From Ginglymostoma cirratum (lineage: Eukaryota): a DNA stretch of 64,000 bases. Where the stretch lies: positions 19,345,199 through 19,409,198 of the forward strand of contig JAHRHZ010000009.1 in assembly GCA_024137785.1 (NCBI GenBank), read 5' to 3'. The position numbers were made by a program, and so were the translations under genes. Below are positions 12,145 to 24,425 of the stretch, piece after piece. The notes under the pieces are model-generated. The model worked only from the letters and a program-made list of their open reading frames with translations, was not told the DNA's origin and made no database searches. Each line of letters opens with the position of its first letter. The first letter of the stretch is position 1.

Positions 12145-12815
12145 TTTCTTACATGCTTTACAGGCAGATAGTACTATACAAATGCATCAGGGTAACAGAA
12201 CAGAGTGCACAATACAGTGTTACAGCCGCTGAGAAGGTGCAGGGAGAGATCAACATTACTACTAAAAAGGTCCATTCAAAAGTCAGATAACAGCAAGGAC
12301 GAAGATGTTCTGGAATCTGATGGTATACAAACTTTTATATGTTCTACCTGATGGAAGAGGGTGGAAAAAAGTATACTCGGGGTGGAACAGGTCTTTGTTT
12401 ATGTTGGTTACTTGGCTGAGGCAGCGGGAAGTCTAGATGAGGTCAATAAATGGGATGTGGTTTGCCTGATGGACTGAGTTGTGTTCATGATTGTCTTTAA
12501 TTTCTTTTGGTCTTGGGAAGAGCAGTTGCCAGAGTACATTGTGCAGATAGAATGTTTTCTATGGTACATTACTATAAACACTTATGAGTCTTTATGGACT
12601 TGCCAAGTTTCCTTAGCCTCCTGAGGAAGCAGTGCAATTGCTGTGCTTTCTTGACTGTAGTGCCACTGTGGGTGAACCAGGAAGATTGTTAGTGATCATC
12701 ACACCCAGGAGCTTGATGCTTTGTACCATCTCCACCTCAGCACCGTTGATGCAGACAAGAGCATGCCATCCACTCTGCTTCCTGAAGTCAATGACCATCT
12801 CCTTTGCTTTCAAAC
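12145..12815 (-). mobile_element. Rex1/Babar-like LINE 3' part
   Basis: ORF 12613-12855(-) contains KAKEMVIDFRK..INGAEVEMV.SIKLLGVMITNNL, typical of the post-RT region. Confidence 0.7.
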
Positions 12816-13760
12816 ATGCATTTGTAATGCTAAGGCATACAAGGCTATGAGCCAAGTGCTGGAAAATGGGATTACAATAGATAGGTGGTTGTTTTTGACT
12901 AGTACAGACTCAATGGGCTAAATTACCTTTTCCTGTGCTGTAGACCTCTAAGGCCCTGTATTACAGAACCATGGTAGATTAATGGACCAAACATACAGAT
13001 CAGTAATATACTGAATGGCAGAAAAATCTGAAGGGGATAAATGACCCACTCCAACTCCTATGTTGTTAATTTCCTATGATTGTTGCCCAAACAACAACAC
13101 TTTTCACAATTACAAACCTATGTTTGAACCTGAAAAGATCTTTGCCATCACAATAGAGAATGGTTTATTTTCACCTCCAGATCTCACTTTGGAAGCTAGT
13201 CAAGCAGAAAGCCATAAAAGTCCAAAGCTTGAGCCTAGGTAATGTAGCTCCCAGCTGGTTTGTGGTTGCAGCATAAAAGTAATTGTTCCTAATTTGGGAC
13301 ATATTGACAGTAAATAGGGCCACCCACTCAAATCATAGTGACAGCTACCACTAGAGACGAACGGATTGCCGTGATCAACTTGAAATGCTTTTCAGTTATC
13401 ATGGTCAAAGCGTGCTGTTACATGTTGTCATGCTGTAGTTCTTCCATTCGATAGCATAACGTGTAATGATTGATGACATTATGTGTAAAAAAGGGAAAAT
13501 AATCTACTATTCCACAGCACTGACAAATTTCATGCTTATAAATAAGATGGGTTCCCAAAAGTCACAACTGGTAAAAGCCACCAAATCACAATAATATAAA
13601 AAATAATGAGGCAAGATTCCAAGTTTCATTTTTTTTTCAAACAAAATACATGTGTTTTATTCTCAGGATTCACATTTGAATACTGTACTTTCAATTTTCC
13701 TATAGGTTTCCAAGGAAAATCTCCATTTTTATTATGTTATTGTGTATCATAAATTTGCAA

Positions 13761-13912
13761 AGTCAGAAGTCACACAACACCAGGTCATAGTCCAACAGAT
13801 TTATTTGAAATCACAAGCTTTCAAAGCGCTGCTCCTTCATCAGGGGAATAACAGGTGAACTTGGTGTCGTGTGATGTCAGACTTTGCCAGTTCAACATCA
13901 GCACCTCCACAC
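13761..13912. mobile_element. PLE family B inverted mini-insertion with 13-bp TSD
   Basis: CATAAATTTGCAA at 13748-13760 and 13913-13925. Arms AGTCAGAAGTCACACAACACCA and TGGTGTCGTGTGATGTCAGACT. Right arm has an extra tail ending CACCTCCACAC. Confidence 0.75.
13812..13845 (-). ncRNA. Minimal hammerhead motif, family B
   Basis: Minus strand CCTGATGA-A-GGAGC-AGC-GCTTT-GAAAGCTTG. Stem II has two GU pairs. Stem III is the palindrome AGCT. Confidence 0.6.
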
Positions 13913-14039
13913 CATAAATTTGCAAGACTAGTTGTCAGTTTTCTTTTCTGTATGCTTAATTAATTGGATAGCTCGAGCTCAAATTCTATAAAAACCGGTG
14001 TTGGGTTGGAAAAAGAAAATCATTTCAACATTTTCACAC

Positions 14040-14400
14040 AATAACCTTCCTTTCTAAATCTCTCCGTCTCTCTTTCTCTCCGTCTGCCTTTAAGGCAATC
14101 TGCAAAATCTACAAACATTTAATCATTACTAATTATCTCTCCAATTTGTTCCATGACTACAACCCTCCTCTTGCTTTGCAACCTTCTTCAACCCTTTGGG
14201 CTCTCTGTACTTCTATAATTCTGGCCTCTCGTGCATTCCTGACCTCCATTGCTCTATCTTGCCTTCAGCTGCCAAAGTGCAACTTGGATTTCCTCCTTAA
14301 ACCTGTCTACCTTTCTGCTCTGTCTCTCTTTCGTTAAAACTATTCTTAAAGTGCCTGCCGTCTTCAGCCAACCCAACAAAATGTCTTCATGCGCTTGGAT
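14040..14400 (+). mobile_element. L2 LINE 3' fragments
   Basis: CTAAATCTCTCCGTCTCTC..TTTAAG, CTACAACCCTCC, GCCTTCAGCTGCC, CCTTAAACCT motifs shared with 30300, 37020 and 50600. Confidence 0.55.
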
Positions 14401-15944
14401 GTCATAAAGTTACTATTTGTCATTGTCGATATCCATTTTTATCTGAGTGCTCTTCAGTGAGATGCTTTGAGTTTTTTAATGTTCTTTCTTGGATTTGGCA
14501 ATCATTGGTGATGTCAGTATTTATTGTCTATCCCTAATTGTCCTTAAGGAGATAGTGGTGAGCTGACACTTTCAACCATTTCTGTTTAAGGAACCAAATA
14601 ACTAAAAATTATCATTGTGAAATCAGAACTAACAAGATCTGAGAATTAATGAGACAACATCGAAAGTAACAATAAAACAATTACATTAAGATTTTAAGTT
14701 CCATTATTGCCGTGCAGTCCAATATTACTAATCTTAAAGTTAATTACATGAGACCAAAAATGGAAATCAGATTAGAGTTGACAAGACAAATCAATACCTG
14801 AACTGATACTGCAAGATGTTGAATGTGATAATGTTGACAAGGAAGGAAACCTAAATTCTTGTGTTAATTTTTAAGCTCAGAGGAAAGGAGAAGCAGAACA
14901 TTCAGAGATAGACTGATATTTTATTATGTCATTGCCTATTTTCCTGTTCATAAACTTCAAAACAAAATGGTTAACTGTAGACACTGACCTGTTTTATAAT
15001 GCATCATATTGCTATATGCCTAGCTATTTATTGGGATCAGGGATGTCAGTTTTTGTGAAATACACTACACGACACTGCAGTAATGCAAGTGTGCAGTTGA
15101 TTCATGTTTTACTTGCAGAAGTGAAACATACCAATTGGGCAAGTAGCAAAAATGAAACCTTCATCTTTTTGTTTTCATTTTAATATTAAGAATTTTCAAA
15201 TGAAATCTTTGTCAAACTGTGACATTGAAATGCCATTTGAATTTGATTGCTTAGCACCTCCTTTAAAATAGAAGAGGAAACAATTTCATGTTAGTCTACA
15301 AGCATTAGTATCCCTGTCTCTGAGACAAAAATTCTCAGTTCAAGTCCCATTTCAGGGTATGATGACCAAGGAATGTGCATTCATAACATGGCTAGACCTG
15401 TCAAACCTTTCAACATATGCCAATGTAGAGTGAGAGGGATTCCTGGTTAGCTTGATAGAAAGAAATGGAACCTCTCTCATCACTATCCATATTAAAAATG
15501 TAAATGTAAACATATGTGTTGCCACAGCAACAGCTTTACTGGTTGACCGGATAGATGGCCAATGTAGATCAAACTTGTGCTAACAGCATAGGGTTCAATC
15601 CTTGTTCCACCTTGGTGAATTCTGCGTCCTTCCCCTATTCACGATGCAATGGGTTAAATCTGCCTGAAGGCAGAGAACTTGAGAAGAATACACAGTGTCA
15701 AATGTTGATTTTTCTGCCATATAACATAATTAGGAATAGGGAAATTCTGCAGAACGACTTTCTGTCTGCAAATTTTAATAAATTGAAACTTTCAGCCTGT
15801 GTTGCTTAATATTCTCCAAGATCGGTCATGAATGCAGAATTGGAATATTTTCCCCTTTAACATTTTGCATATGTAATTTCAAGCCCTCAATTTCAAATGA
15901 GTAGAAAGCTTAGACTTTCATATATGCACACTCACGTGTACATA

Positions 15945-16570
15945 CATAAGACTATAAGTCAACAAGATAAAGAAGTGGATGAGGACATTCAGCCCATCAA
16001 ATCTGCTCTGCCATTCGATCATGGCTGATTTGTATCACAACGCTGTTCACATGCCTATTCCCTTCAACATTTGATCCACTTACGAATCAAGAACCTATCT
16101 ATCTCTGTCTTAAATACACTCAATAACTTGGTCATTCAGCCCTCTGTGGCAATGGGTTGCACAGATTCACTACCCTCTGACTGAAGAAATTCCTCCCAAT
16201 TTCATTTCTAAAGGGTCATCCCTTCACTCTGAGGGTGTGCCCTCAGGTCCTAGTTTCTCCTACCAGTGGAAGCATTTCTCCACGTTTACTCTATCCAGGC
16301 CTCTCGTTATTCTGTAAGATGAGATTGATTCAATGAGAAGCCCCCCTGACCCCGACACCCCAGTCATCCTTCCAAACTTCACGAATTGCAGACCCAGAGT
16401 CCTCAACCGCTTCTCGTATGACATACTCTGGGCCCCTTCCAAACTCAACACATCCTTCCTCAGATACAGGGCCCAAAAGTGTGCGCAATATTCCCAATGC
16501 AGTCTGATCAGAGCCTTCTGCAGCCTCAGCATTACATCCCAGCTTTCGTATTCTATAATTCTCTTGCTGA
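15945..16570 (-). mobile_element. CR1 LINE 3' fragment
   Basis: ORF 16260-16589(-): LIRLHWEYCAHFWALYLRKDV..SYEKRLRTLGL..RGLDRV, plus CR1 3' UTR. Confidence 0.85.
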
Positions 16571-16788
16571 GTTCTGCAAACAAAAACAAAATTTATTGCA
16601 GCCCCTGAGTTTAGTTTTCATGATAGCTAGTCCCTGTCAGATGATTAGATTGTATGTCATGGTAATCATAACAGTCATATGTTCTGTGCAGTCATTTATG
16701 GTTTTATTACAAGGAAGCCCCACGTTTGCTGCATTGGTTTTCATGGCAATACATCTGAACATTCACAAACCCAGTCTTAGTTAATCCT

Positions 16789-16990
16789 AGAGATAATAGG
16801 AACTGCAGATGCTGGAGAATCTGAGATAACAAGGTGTAGAGCTGGATGAACACAGCAGGCCAAGCAGCATCAGAGGAACAGGAAAGCTGACGTTTCGGGC
16901 CTAGAAGGGTCTAAACCTCAAACGTCAGCTTTCCTGCTCCTCTGGTGCTGCTTGGCCTGCTGTGTTCATCCAGCTTTACACCTTGCTATC
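16789..16990. mobile_element. PLE family A hairpin mini-insertion with 14-bp TSD
   Basis: TCTTAGTTAATCCT at 16775-16788 and 16989-17002. Roughly 80-bp inverted arms meet inside the hammerhead (GACGTTTCGGGCCTAGAAGGGTCTAAACCTCAAACGTC). Left arm has the extra tail. Confidence 0.85.
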
Positions 16991-17617
16991 TTAGTTAATC
17001 CTGTATGGAGAGCACAAAGTGGTTGCTCAGATGTAACTGGAATCAATGGATGTATGTGCTATTTTAACCTAATTTGAAACCATTCATAAACCACTGATTT
17101 GCACGGAATTAAAATTAGGTGCTACCTTTATTTAACATTTTACCAGATGCGTCATGTCAAATATTCAGACTTCATTTTGTTTTAAGCATCCTGGGATGTG
17201 AAAGGCATCTATAAATTCAAGTTGATATTCTTTACGTCTGATAATTACTGTTATTTTTATCATTCCAGAACATGTAAATATGACATAAATCTCCAAAAAA
17301 ATGTTACAATTATTGTATTGGAACAATCTAATGAACCTCACCATATCTTGTCAATATGTTCAATAGCAAAATTAGATTATTGTCTCCTAAGTTTACCCAG
17401 GAATTTACATATAATTCGGAATTATGTTATTTGAATTTTCAAACGTAGACCTTTCTGAGCAACTTTGGCAAATACCAAAAATTTGGGAAAATTACTGCAG
17501 ATGCTGGAATCAGCTTGAAAATAGAAAATGCTGGAGATCACAGCGAGTCAGCTCTGCTGACTAGAAATGTTAGCTTGCTTTCTCTCCAAGGATGCTGCAT
17601 GACCAAAGGTTTGATGC

Positions 17618-18422
17618 TGTCACGTAACTTTGCATGTTATTCATTCATCCTGAAAAGAATTATAAAACATTGCAGAGCAAAAGGAAACCACTTGGATCGT
17701 GGTGGTCAAATGACCATGGGCCCAAAATTGGACATTCTAAATTGATCCACAGATTGAGAAATCAGACCTGACAGAAAATTGGACAAACTAAACTGACAAC
17801 CAGCCAATAGCTATCAGCTCCAGAGTACAGTGATCAAGATCAAACAGATTACAAAGGTTCAAGAGGAACCAGTTACAACCAGCCCAACAGCTGTAAAATG
17901 AAGAATAGCCAATGAGATGCTCTGGTGTCTTGACAGCCTGAGCATGTGCACATCCCAACATAGCAACAGTGATGGGTGTTGGCATGATCCCATTGGATGC
18001 TTTGATCACAACTCATCACCCCATTGGCTAAATGAAAGGTCTGGTGTGAGGGGGCTAAGAACACACACTTGGACTCTATCCCTCAGTGAAGATGCAGTGA
18101 AGACTTGGAGAAGACTGATGTCAGAAGGCCATACGGTAACCCAAGAAGACCCAGGAGAAGATCCACTCTGACGTGCAAGACCCACATTCATGGAAGAGAA
18201 CCATCCTTATCTTGGAGGGGACAGAGTTTCCAATGGCCTAGCTCAAACACATGGATCATTGTGGGTTATATCCTTTCTCAGACGGATAGAGCCAGATAAA
18301 GAGTAAATATTGTGGAAATTTGGCACATAGTGCTCACATAGTGTTTTAAAAAATAATATTTTGTTCATAAAATTGGTTTGAACCTCAAACTGAACTCTGT
18401 CTCATTGTCTATCTCGCTGACA
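17618..18422 (+). mobile_element. Probable solo LTR
   Basis: Begins TGTCA, ends TGACA. Four CCAAT/ATTGG boxes (17800-18030) and an AT-rich 3' part. No TSD seen. Confidence 0.45.
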
Positions 18423-19959
18423 AAACTACTTGCTTTTTAATATTTAAACTGGTTAACTTGTCCAAAGCATGGACAACACCATCATCTCTGTCCTGTTTCA
18501 CTTAACTGCCCTTTACTTAGAACTCTGTGATTATTTTTCCATGTTTTTTAGAAACCAAGCTAGGTGTACTTAATGTTGCCTGTTGATCCATGTATCAGGT
18601 GATACCTCTGTATGCATCCCCCTTCATAAGGATAAGGCTTCAAGGAAAATAATTTTTTTTTAAGATGTCTATATCCTCAATGTTAGTTACTTCATTGATA
18701 TGATGGTTGATGTCCAGATTATAATAACATTAACAACCAGGGAGTCAATTACTGTTCTGGTTGAGATGGGTCACTTATATACCTGTAGTTAAGAAGTCAA
18801 AGCACTAAACCATGGTTTGGCACATAATTGCCAAGCACCTGTCTTGAGTCTGAAAACTGAAGATGATCCTGTCATTGTACAGAACTGTTAAAATCTATCC
18901 TTTCAAGAACTTTCAGTTTGGTTCTGAAATACGGTTTTCACATCACATTACATCACATCACGAGATTTTTGGCACCAAAGTAATATATATCTGTATCTGT
19001 GGATAAAAACAATTATGTGAGGTATTATGCAATGAACAGTGTGAAAGCAGGGATTAGTTAAATGGAGGCAGACTACTGCACATTTTGGAAATGGGAATTA
19101 TAAGGTAAAAAGCTGGAAGTTTGAACTTAAACTGTAGTTTCTGGAGAGAGAGAAATAGAGTAAATGATTTAGACTGTAAATGATTCATTGATTTATGTGG
19201 GGTTTTGGAGACTTCACGTGATCCTACACAGACCATTGTGGGCCTTTAGATAATTCAATGTTTATGAGGATAAAGTTTTTAGAAGGATGTTCATACTATA
19301 AAATTGGGGCTGGAGGTTTTCTTCAATCAGAGTTTTAACTGTTAAAATTATTGCATTTTGTTTGGATGAGAGTAAAATGCATAATTCTCAAACCTACCTA
19401 ATTTCTGTTTTAAGATGTTTTGAGCCAGAAACCAACTTACTCTCAGGAAGTCAACTCATCTTAACATGAGTCTTAGACTTATATTTTTGCTTCCAAGTTT
19501 TTGTGCTAGTCAGATGTGTTATACAATGGTGTATATTCCAAACAAGAAAAACCTGTAACTTTAAGGCAGTTACACCTTGGCAGGATTTGAGATATTCGAG
19601 TATAAAGTCAACCCTTTGCCTTACTTTCAGTTATCGTCTGTGTAATAGAGACAGGGTACTGCATTCAATCTGTCAGCTATGTACAATTTTATATTGTGCT
19701 TACTTTTGTTACTCTATAAGTAATTCTGTGAGATTGAAGCCATCTAAATAGTTAGTGTTGCTAATAAACTTCAAAATATCTGACTCAATAAGAATCTTAA
19801 TCTCTATAGTATGCGTTATCATAAAATAATACAGTACAGAAGATTCTCTTCAGCCTATTGGGTCCGCACTGATAAGAAGCCTCTTCTTCCATGCTCATCC
19901 TGCTTTTCATTACCTAGCCATAGCCTGTAAATTTTAAAAGGTTGAGAGTTTTCACACGT

Positions 19960-20330
19960 CAACTATCCTGACTGAAATGGCACCCAAATATGGTACAGTA
20001 AACACAACATAAGCTAAGTATTTAAATAGATCCATGTATTCAGTTTATCATCACAAATGTCAAAATGGATTCTTGAATTGAACACATGAAATCATTTACA
20101 TGGTTGAATCAGATTGACCATCTATAAATGGTCTGCCAGCATGCAAGGATCTGCATTTTATCACAATCATTAAGGTGACAAATGCATTTGTTACAGCAAT
20201 AAAGATTCCAAATTGCAATATCGAGTTTATCCATCACCTGACTCAACTTTACCCAAACAGGTATGATGCTATGGAGAAGTTTAAAGTTAATGAAGTATTA
20301 CATCTGAAAGATGACTCCAAACCAAGCATT
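19960..20330 (+). mobile_element. Gypsy pol remnant (protease end / pre-RT), left piece
   Basis: One frame from 20097: YMVESD*PSINGLPACKDLHFITII...YPNRYDAMEKFKVNEVLHLKDDSKPSI. Confidence 0.6.
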
Positions 20331-20833
20331 GTCCATAATAGTATTGGTAAGTGACCAGCCCACAGTCCTTGCAGAGGTGAAGGCCCATCTTCACATTAAG
20401 AATAACCTCCATTGTGTTTTCTGGCATGATCACCATGCTCAATGAGACAGACTTTAAACAGATCTAGTAACTCAAGGCTGAGCATCCATGAGGCACTGTA
20501 GCCATCAAAAACATCAGAATTGTACTCCAGCGCAATCTGCAACCTCATGTCCAAGCATATCTCCCACTCTACTCTAACCATCAAGCCAATTGAAAGTGCA
20601 GTTAGGCATGCCAGGATCAGCTCCACGCATATCAAAAAATGAGGTGTCAACTTGATGAAGCTACCAAGCAGGACTACTTGCATGCCAAACAGCGTGTGAT
20701 AGACAAAGCTAAGTGATTTCACACCCTCCAGATCAGATCTAAGCTCTGCAGTTTTGCCACATCCAGTCATGAATAGTGCTGGATTTATATAGCTCACTGG
20801 AGGAAGTGGCTCCACTAGTATCCCCAACCTTAA

Positions 20834-21357
20834 GAGAACAAAGTATAAAGTACAATATGGCACAGGAACATGCCCTTTAGCCCTCCAAGTCTGCGCCGCC
20901 ACATTTTGCCCTTCCATTCTAAAACTGTCTTCGTTTACAGGATCTGTATCCCTCTTTTCACTTCCTATTCATGTATTTGTCCAGGTGCTTCTTAAATGCT
21001 TCTATTGTGTAGGCGTTCACCATCTCCTCTGGCAGTGAATTCCAGGCACTCATCACCCTTTTAGTGGAAAAACTTGCCTTGCACATTTCTTTTAAACTCC
21101 TCCCCACACCACCACCTTGAACTTATTTCCCCTGTAGTAATTGACACCTCCACCCTGAGAAAAAGTCCCATACTTTCCACTCTATCCATGCCATTCACAA
21201 TCTTAACTTCTACCAGGTTGCTCCTCAGCGTCCTATGTTCCAATGAAAACAAACCCAATGTATCCAACTTTTCTTCATAGCTAAAATTCCACATACCAGG
21301 CAACATCCTGGTAAACCTTTTCAGTATCGTCTCCAAAGTATCCACATCCTTCTGTTG
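20834..21357 (-). mobile_element. CR1 LINE 3' fragment nested in LINE
   Basis: ORF 21061-21390(-): KDVDTLE..KRFTRMLPGM..FSYEEKLD.LGLFSLE.R.LR..L.EV, plus 3' UTR. Confidence 0.85.
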
Positions 21358-22620
21358 GAAGAGTCCAGATAAAAGATAAGGCTGAAACATTTGTAGCTAT
21401 CTTCAGACAGAAGTGGCAAGTGTATGATCCATCACGGTTCTGCTCCAGTGGTCCCCAGCATCACAGATACAAGTCTTTGGCCAATTTGATTCACTCCATG
21501 TGATATCAAGAGACAGTTGGAGCTATTGGATATTGCAAAGTCTGTTGGGCTTGACAACATTCTGACATTAGTACTGAACACTTGCACTTTAGAACTTGCT
21601 GCTCCCCTAGCCAAGCTTTTCCAGTACAGTTACAACAAAGGCATTTACACAACAATGTAAAAAAATTGCCCAGGTATGTCCAGTACACAAAAGCAGGACA
21701 TATCAAACCCAACCAGTTACTAGCCCATCGATGTCCTCTTGATCATCAGTGAAGTGATGGAAGGTATCATCGACAGTGCTTTCAAGCAACTCTTCAGCAA
21801 TAACTTGCTCAGTGATACCCAGTTTGGTTCCCACCAAAGGTACTGAGCTTGTGACGACATTACAGGTTTGATTCAAACATTGACAAAAGACCTGATTTCC
21901 AGAGGTGAGGTGAAAGTGACAGCCCTTGGCATCAAGACTACATTTGACCAAGTGTGGCACCAAGGAGCCTAAGCAAAACTGGAAACAATGGATATCAAGG
22001 GGCAAATTCTCATTATTTGCAATCTTACTCGGCACACAGCAAGGCAGTTGTGATTTTTGGAGGTCGGTCATCTCAGATCCAGGACATCTCTGCAGGAGTT
22101 CCTTAGAATAGTATCCTAGGCCCAGCTGTCTTCAACTGCTTCATCAACGATCTTCGCTCCATCAGAAGGTCAGAAGTAGGGACGTTTGCCGATGATTGCA
22201 CAATATTCAGCACCATTGGCGACTCCTCAGACACTGAAGCAGTCCATGTTCAAATGCAACAAAATCAGGACAATATCCAAGCTTGGGCTGACAAGTGGCA
22301 AGTAACATTTGCACCACACTATACCAATCAGTGACCATCTCCAATAAGAAATGGTTTAACCTCTGCCCCTTGACATTCAACAGTGATACATCACTGAATG
22401 CCCTACTATCAATATCCGAGGTGTTACCACTGATCAGCCACTCAACTGGACTCACCACAGAAATACAGTAGCTATAACATCAGATTGGGAGCAAGGAATC
22501 CTGTGGCGAGTAACTCACCTTCTGACTCCCCAAAGCTTTTCTAAGGTTTTGGAGTAGATCTGTAGCTCGGGTTGTGGGTGTTGAGGTTGGTTGGCTCGCC
22601 GAGCTGGTTTGTTGTTCCGC

Positions 22621-22660
22621 AACTGTTTCATTACCGTGTTTGGGAACATCCTCAGTGCAG
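22621..22660 (-). ncRNA. Decayed hammerhead motif, family C (left arm)
   Basis: Minus strand CTGAGGA-TGTTCCC-AAACAC-GGTAAT-GAAAC-AGT. Cleavage triplet region mutated. Confidence 0.45.
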
Positions 22661-23391
22661 CCTCTGATGAAGTGTCGGTCTGTTTTCTCGCCTGGTTTTT
22701 AAACTCTGGGGTCCGTTGCGATGGCATGAGTCACTTCCGGGTTTCCTCTGTAGTGGAATGTATATGGGGCCGAGTTCAATGTGTTTATTAATAACATGCT
22801 TCATGGAGTGCCATGCTTCCAGGAATTCTCATGCTTATCTCTGCCCAGCCTGTCCTAGGATCTTGGCGTTGCCCCAGTTGAAGTCGTGGTTCTCCTTGTC
22901 CATGTGGATTGAGATGAGTGAGTATTGGTTGTGTCTTTTTGTAGCCAGCTGGTGTTCATGTATTCTTGTTGTTAGTTTCCTTCATGTTTGTCCGATGTAG
23001 TGTTTCTCCAATGTCATCTACAAGATCCCCTGCAGAGACTGCGAGAAACACTACATTGGACAAACATGAAGGAAACTAACAACAAGAATACATGAACACC
23101 AGCTGGCTACAAAAAGAAACGACCAATACTCACTCATCTCAATCCACAGGGACAAGGAGAACCATGACTTCCACTGGGACAAAACCAAGATCCTGGGACA
23201 GGCTGGGCAGAGACAAGCACGAGAATTCCTGGAAGCAGGGCACTCCATGAAGCATGCTATTAATAAACACATTGATCTCAACCCCATATACATTCCACTA
23301 CGGAGGAAACCCGGAAGTGAGTCAATCCATCGCAACAGACCCCAGTGTTTAAAAACCAGGCAGGAAAACACACTGACGCTTCATCAGAGGC

Positions 23392-23432
23392 TGCACTGAG
23401 GATGTTACCAAGCACGGTAATGAAACACCTGC
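23392..23432 (+). ncRNA. Decayed hammerhead motif, family C (right arm)
   Basis: CTGAGGA 23396-23402, stem II GTTACC-AAGCAC-GGTAAT, GAAAC 23422-23426, then ACC in place of GTC. Confidence 0.5.
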
Positions 23433-23883
23433 GGAAAAACAAACCAGCTCGGTGAGCCAACCAACCTCAATCCCCAAAGCTTGATTAATGAAATCAGGAG
23501 TGTGATGGAATACTCCCTACGTGCCTGAATAGGTGCAGCCCCAAAGCTCAGGAAGCTTGACACCATCTGGGACAAAGCAGGCTGCTTGATTCGCACGACA
23601 TCCACAAGTATACACACCCTCTGCCATTGACATTCAGTAGCAGCATGGTGTACAATTTACAAGATGCCCTGCAGAAATTCACCAAAGATCCTTAGACAGC
23701 AGGTTGTAAGCCCACAACCACTTCCTTCGAGAAGAATAAAGTCAGTAGATTCATGGAAATAACACCACCCGCAAGTTCCCCTCCAAGCCACTCACCAAAA
23801 TATATCACCATTCCATCACTGTCGCTGGGTCAAAATCCTGGAATTCCCTTCCGAAGGGCATTGTGTGTCAAACTACAAAATAT

Positions 23884-24195
23884 GGGGCAGCACGGTGGCT
23901 CAGTGGGCTGCACTGCCGCCTCACAGTGCCAGGGACCTGGGTTCGATTCCAGCCCCAGGTGACTGTCTGTGCAGAGTTTGCACATTCTCCCTGTGTCTGC
24001 GTGGGTTTCCTCCGGGTGCTCCGGTTTCCTCCCACAGTCCAAAGATGTGCAGGCTAGGTGGATTGGCCATGCTAAATTGCCCATAGTGTTCAGGAGTGTG
24101 TGGGTTATAGGGGGATGGGTCTGGGTGGGATGCTGCAAGGGTCGGTGTGGACTTGTTTGGCCAAAGGGCCTGTTTCCACACTGTACGGATTCTAA
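23884..24195 (+). mobile_element. HE1-type V-SINE
   Basis: A box TGGCTCAGTGG, B box GGTTCGATTCC, V-domain GTGGGTTTCCTCCGGGTGCTCCGGTTTCCTCCCACAGTCCAAAGA, CR1-like tail GGGCCTGTTTCCACACTGTA. Confidence 0.92.
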
Positions 24196-24339
24196 TAAAT
24201 TTCTAAAAAAATTTCTTCTAATGGATTTCAGTGGTTCAATAAGGCAACTCACCACCACATTCTCAAAGGCAACTAGGGATGGGCAATTAAAAATTCTGGC
24301 CATTCCAAGAAGTCCATGTCTTATGACTGATTTAAAAAA

Positions 24340-24425
24340 GAGCCTCTCAGAAGTACAGCATTCATAAGCTAGAACTCTCAAACTGGAATTGAACTTTAGG
24401 ATACAAAAGAACATCATCTGGGTTG
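24340..24425 (+). mobile_element. Gypsy pol remnant, right piece
   Basis: ASQKYSIHKLE, frameshift, then LKLELNFRIQKNII. Continues the left piece as expected for ..KPSID-APRK.SIH..LK.EL..M...II. Confidence 0.5.

Larger units (their letters stand above)
22539..23470. mobile_element. PLE family C palindromic insertion (two head-to-head GIY-YIG plus pLTR arms), 12-bp TSD
   Basis: Arms 22581-23008 and 23043-23470 (428 bp each, 34-bp spacer). Plus strand from about 23013 reads VIYKIPCRDCEKHYIGQT*RKLTTRIHEH..REFLEA. TCCCCAAAGCTT at 22527-22538 and 23471-23482. Confidence 0.9.
20331..24339 (+). mobile_element. CR1/L2-group LINE (endonuclease C-terminus, RT, 3' tail) with three nested insertions
   Basis: Starts SIG.SD. 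Contains PI..LLIIS.VMEGII, TALGIK.TFDQVWHQG, GVP..SILGP..FNCFINDL, FADD (22185-22196), and a tail GGCAACTAGGGATGGGCAAT..A-run. Confidence 0.85.

Noticed and set aside
22716-23371. Apparent pair of paralogous Cys/Trp-rich small proteins
   Set aside because: Antisense frames of the two arms of the PLE palindrome.
23884-23960. tRNA gene (also 44540-44613)
   Set aside because: The A and B boxes belong to SINE heads; there is no complete cloverleaf.
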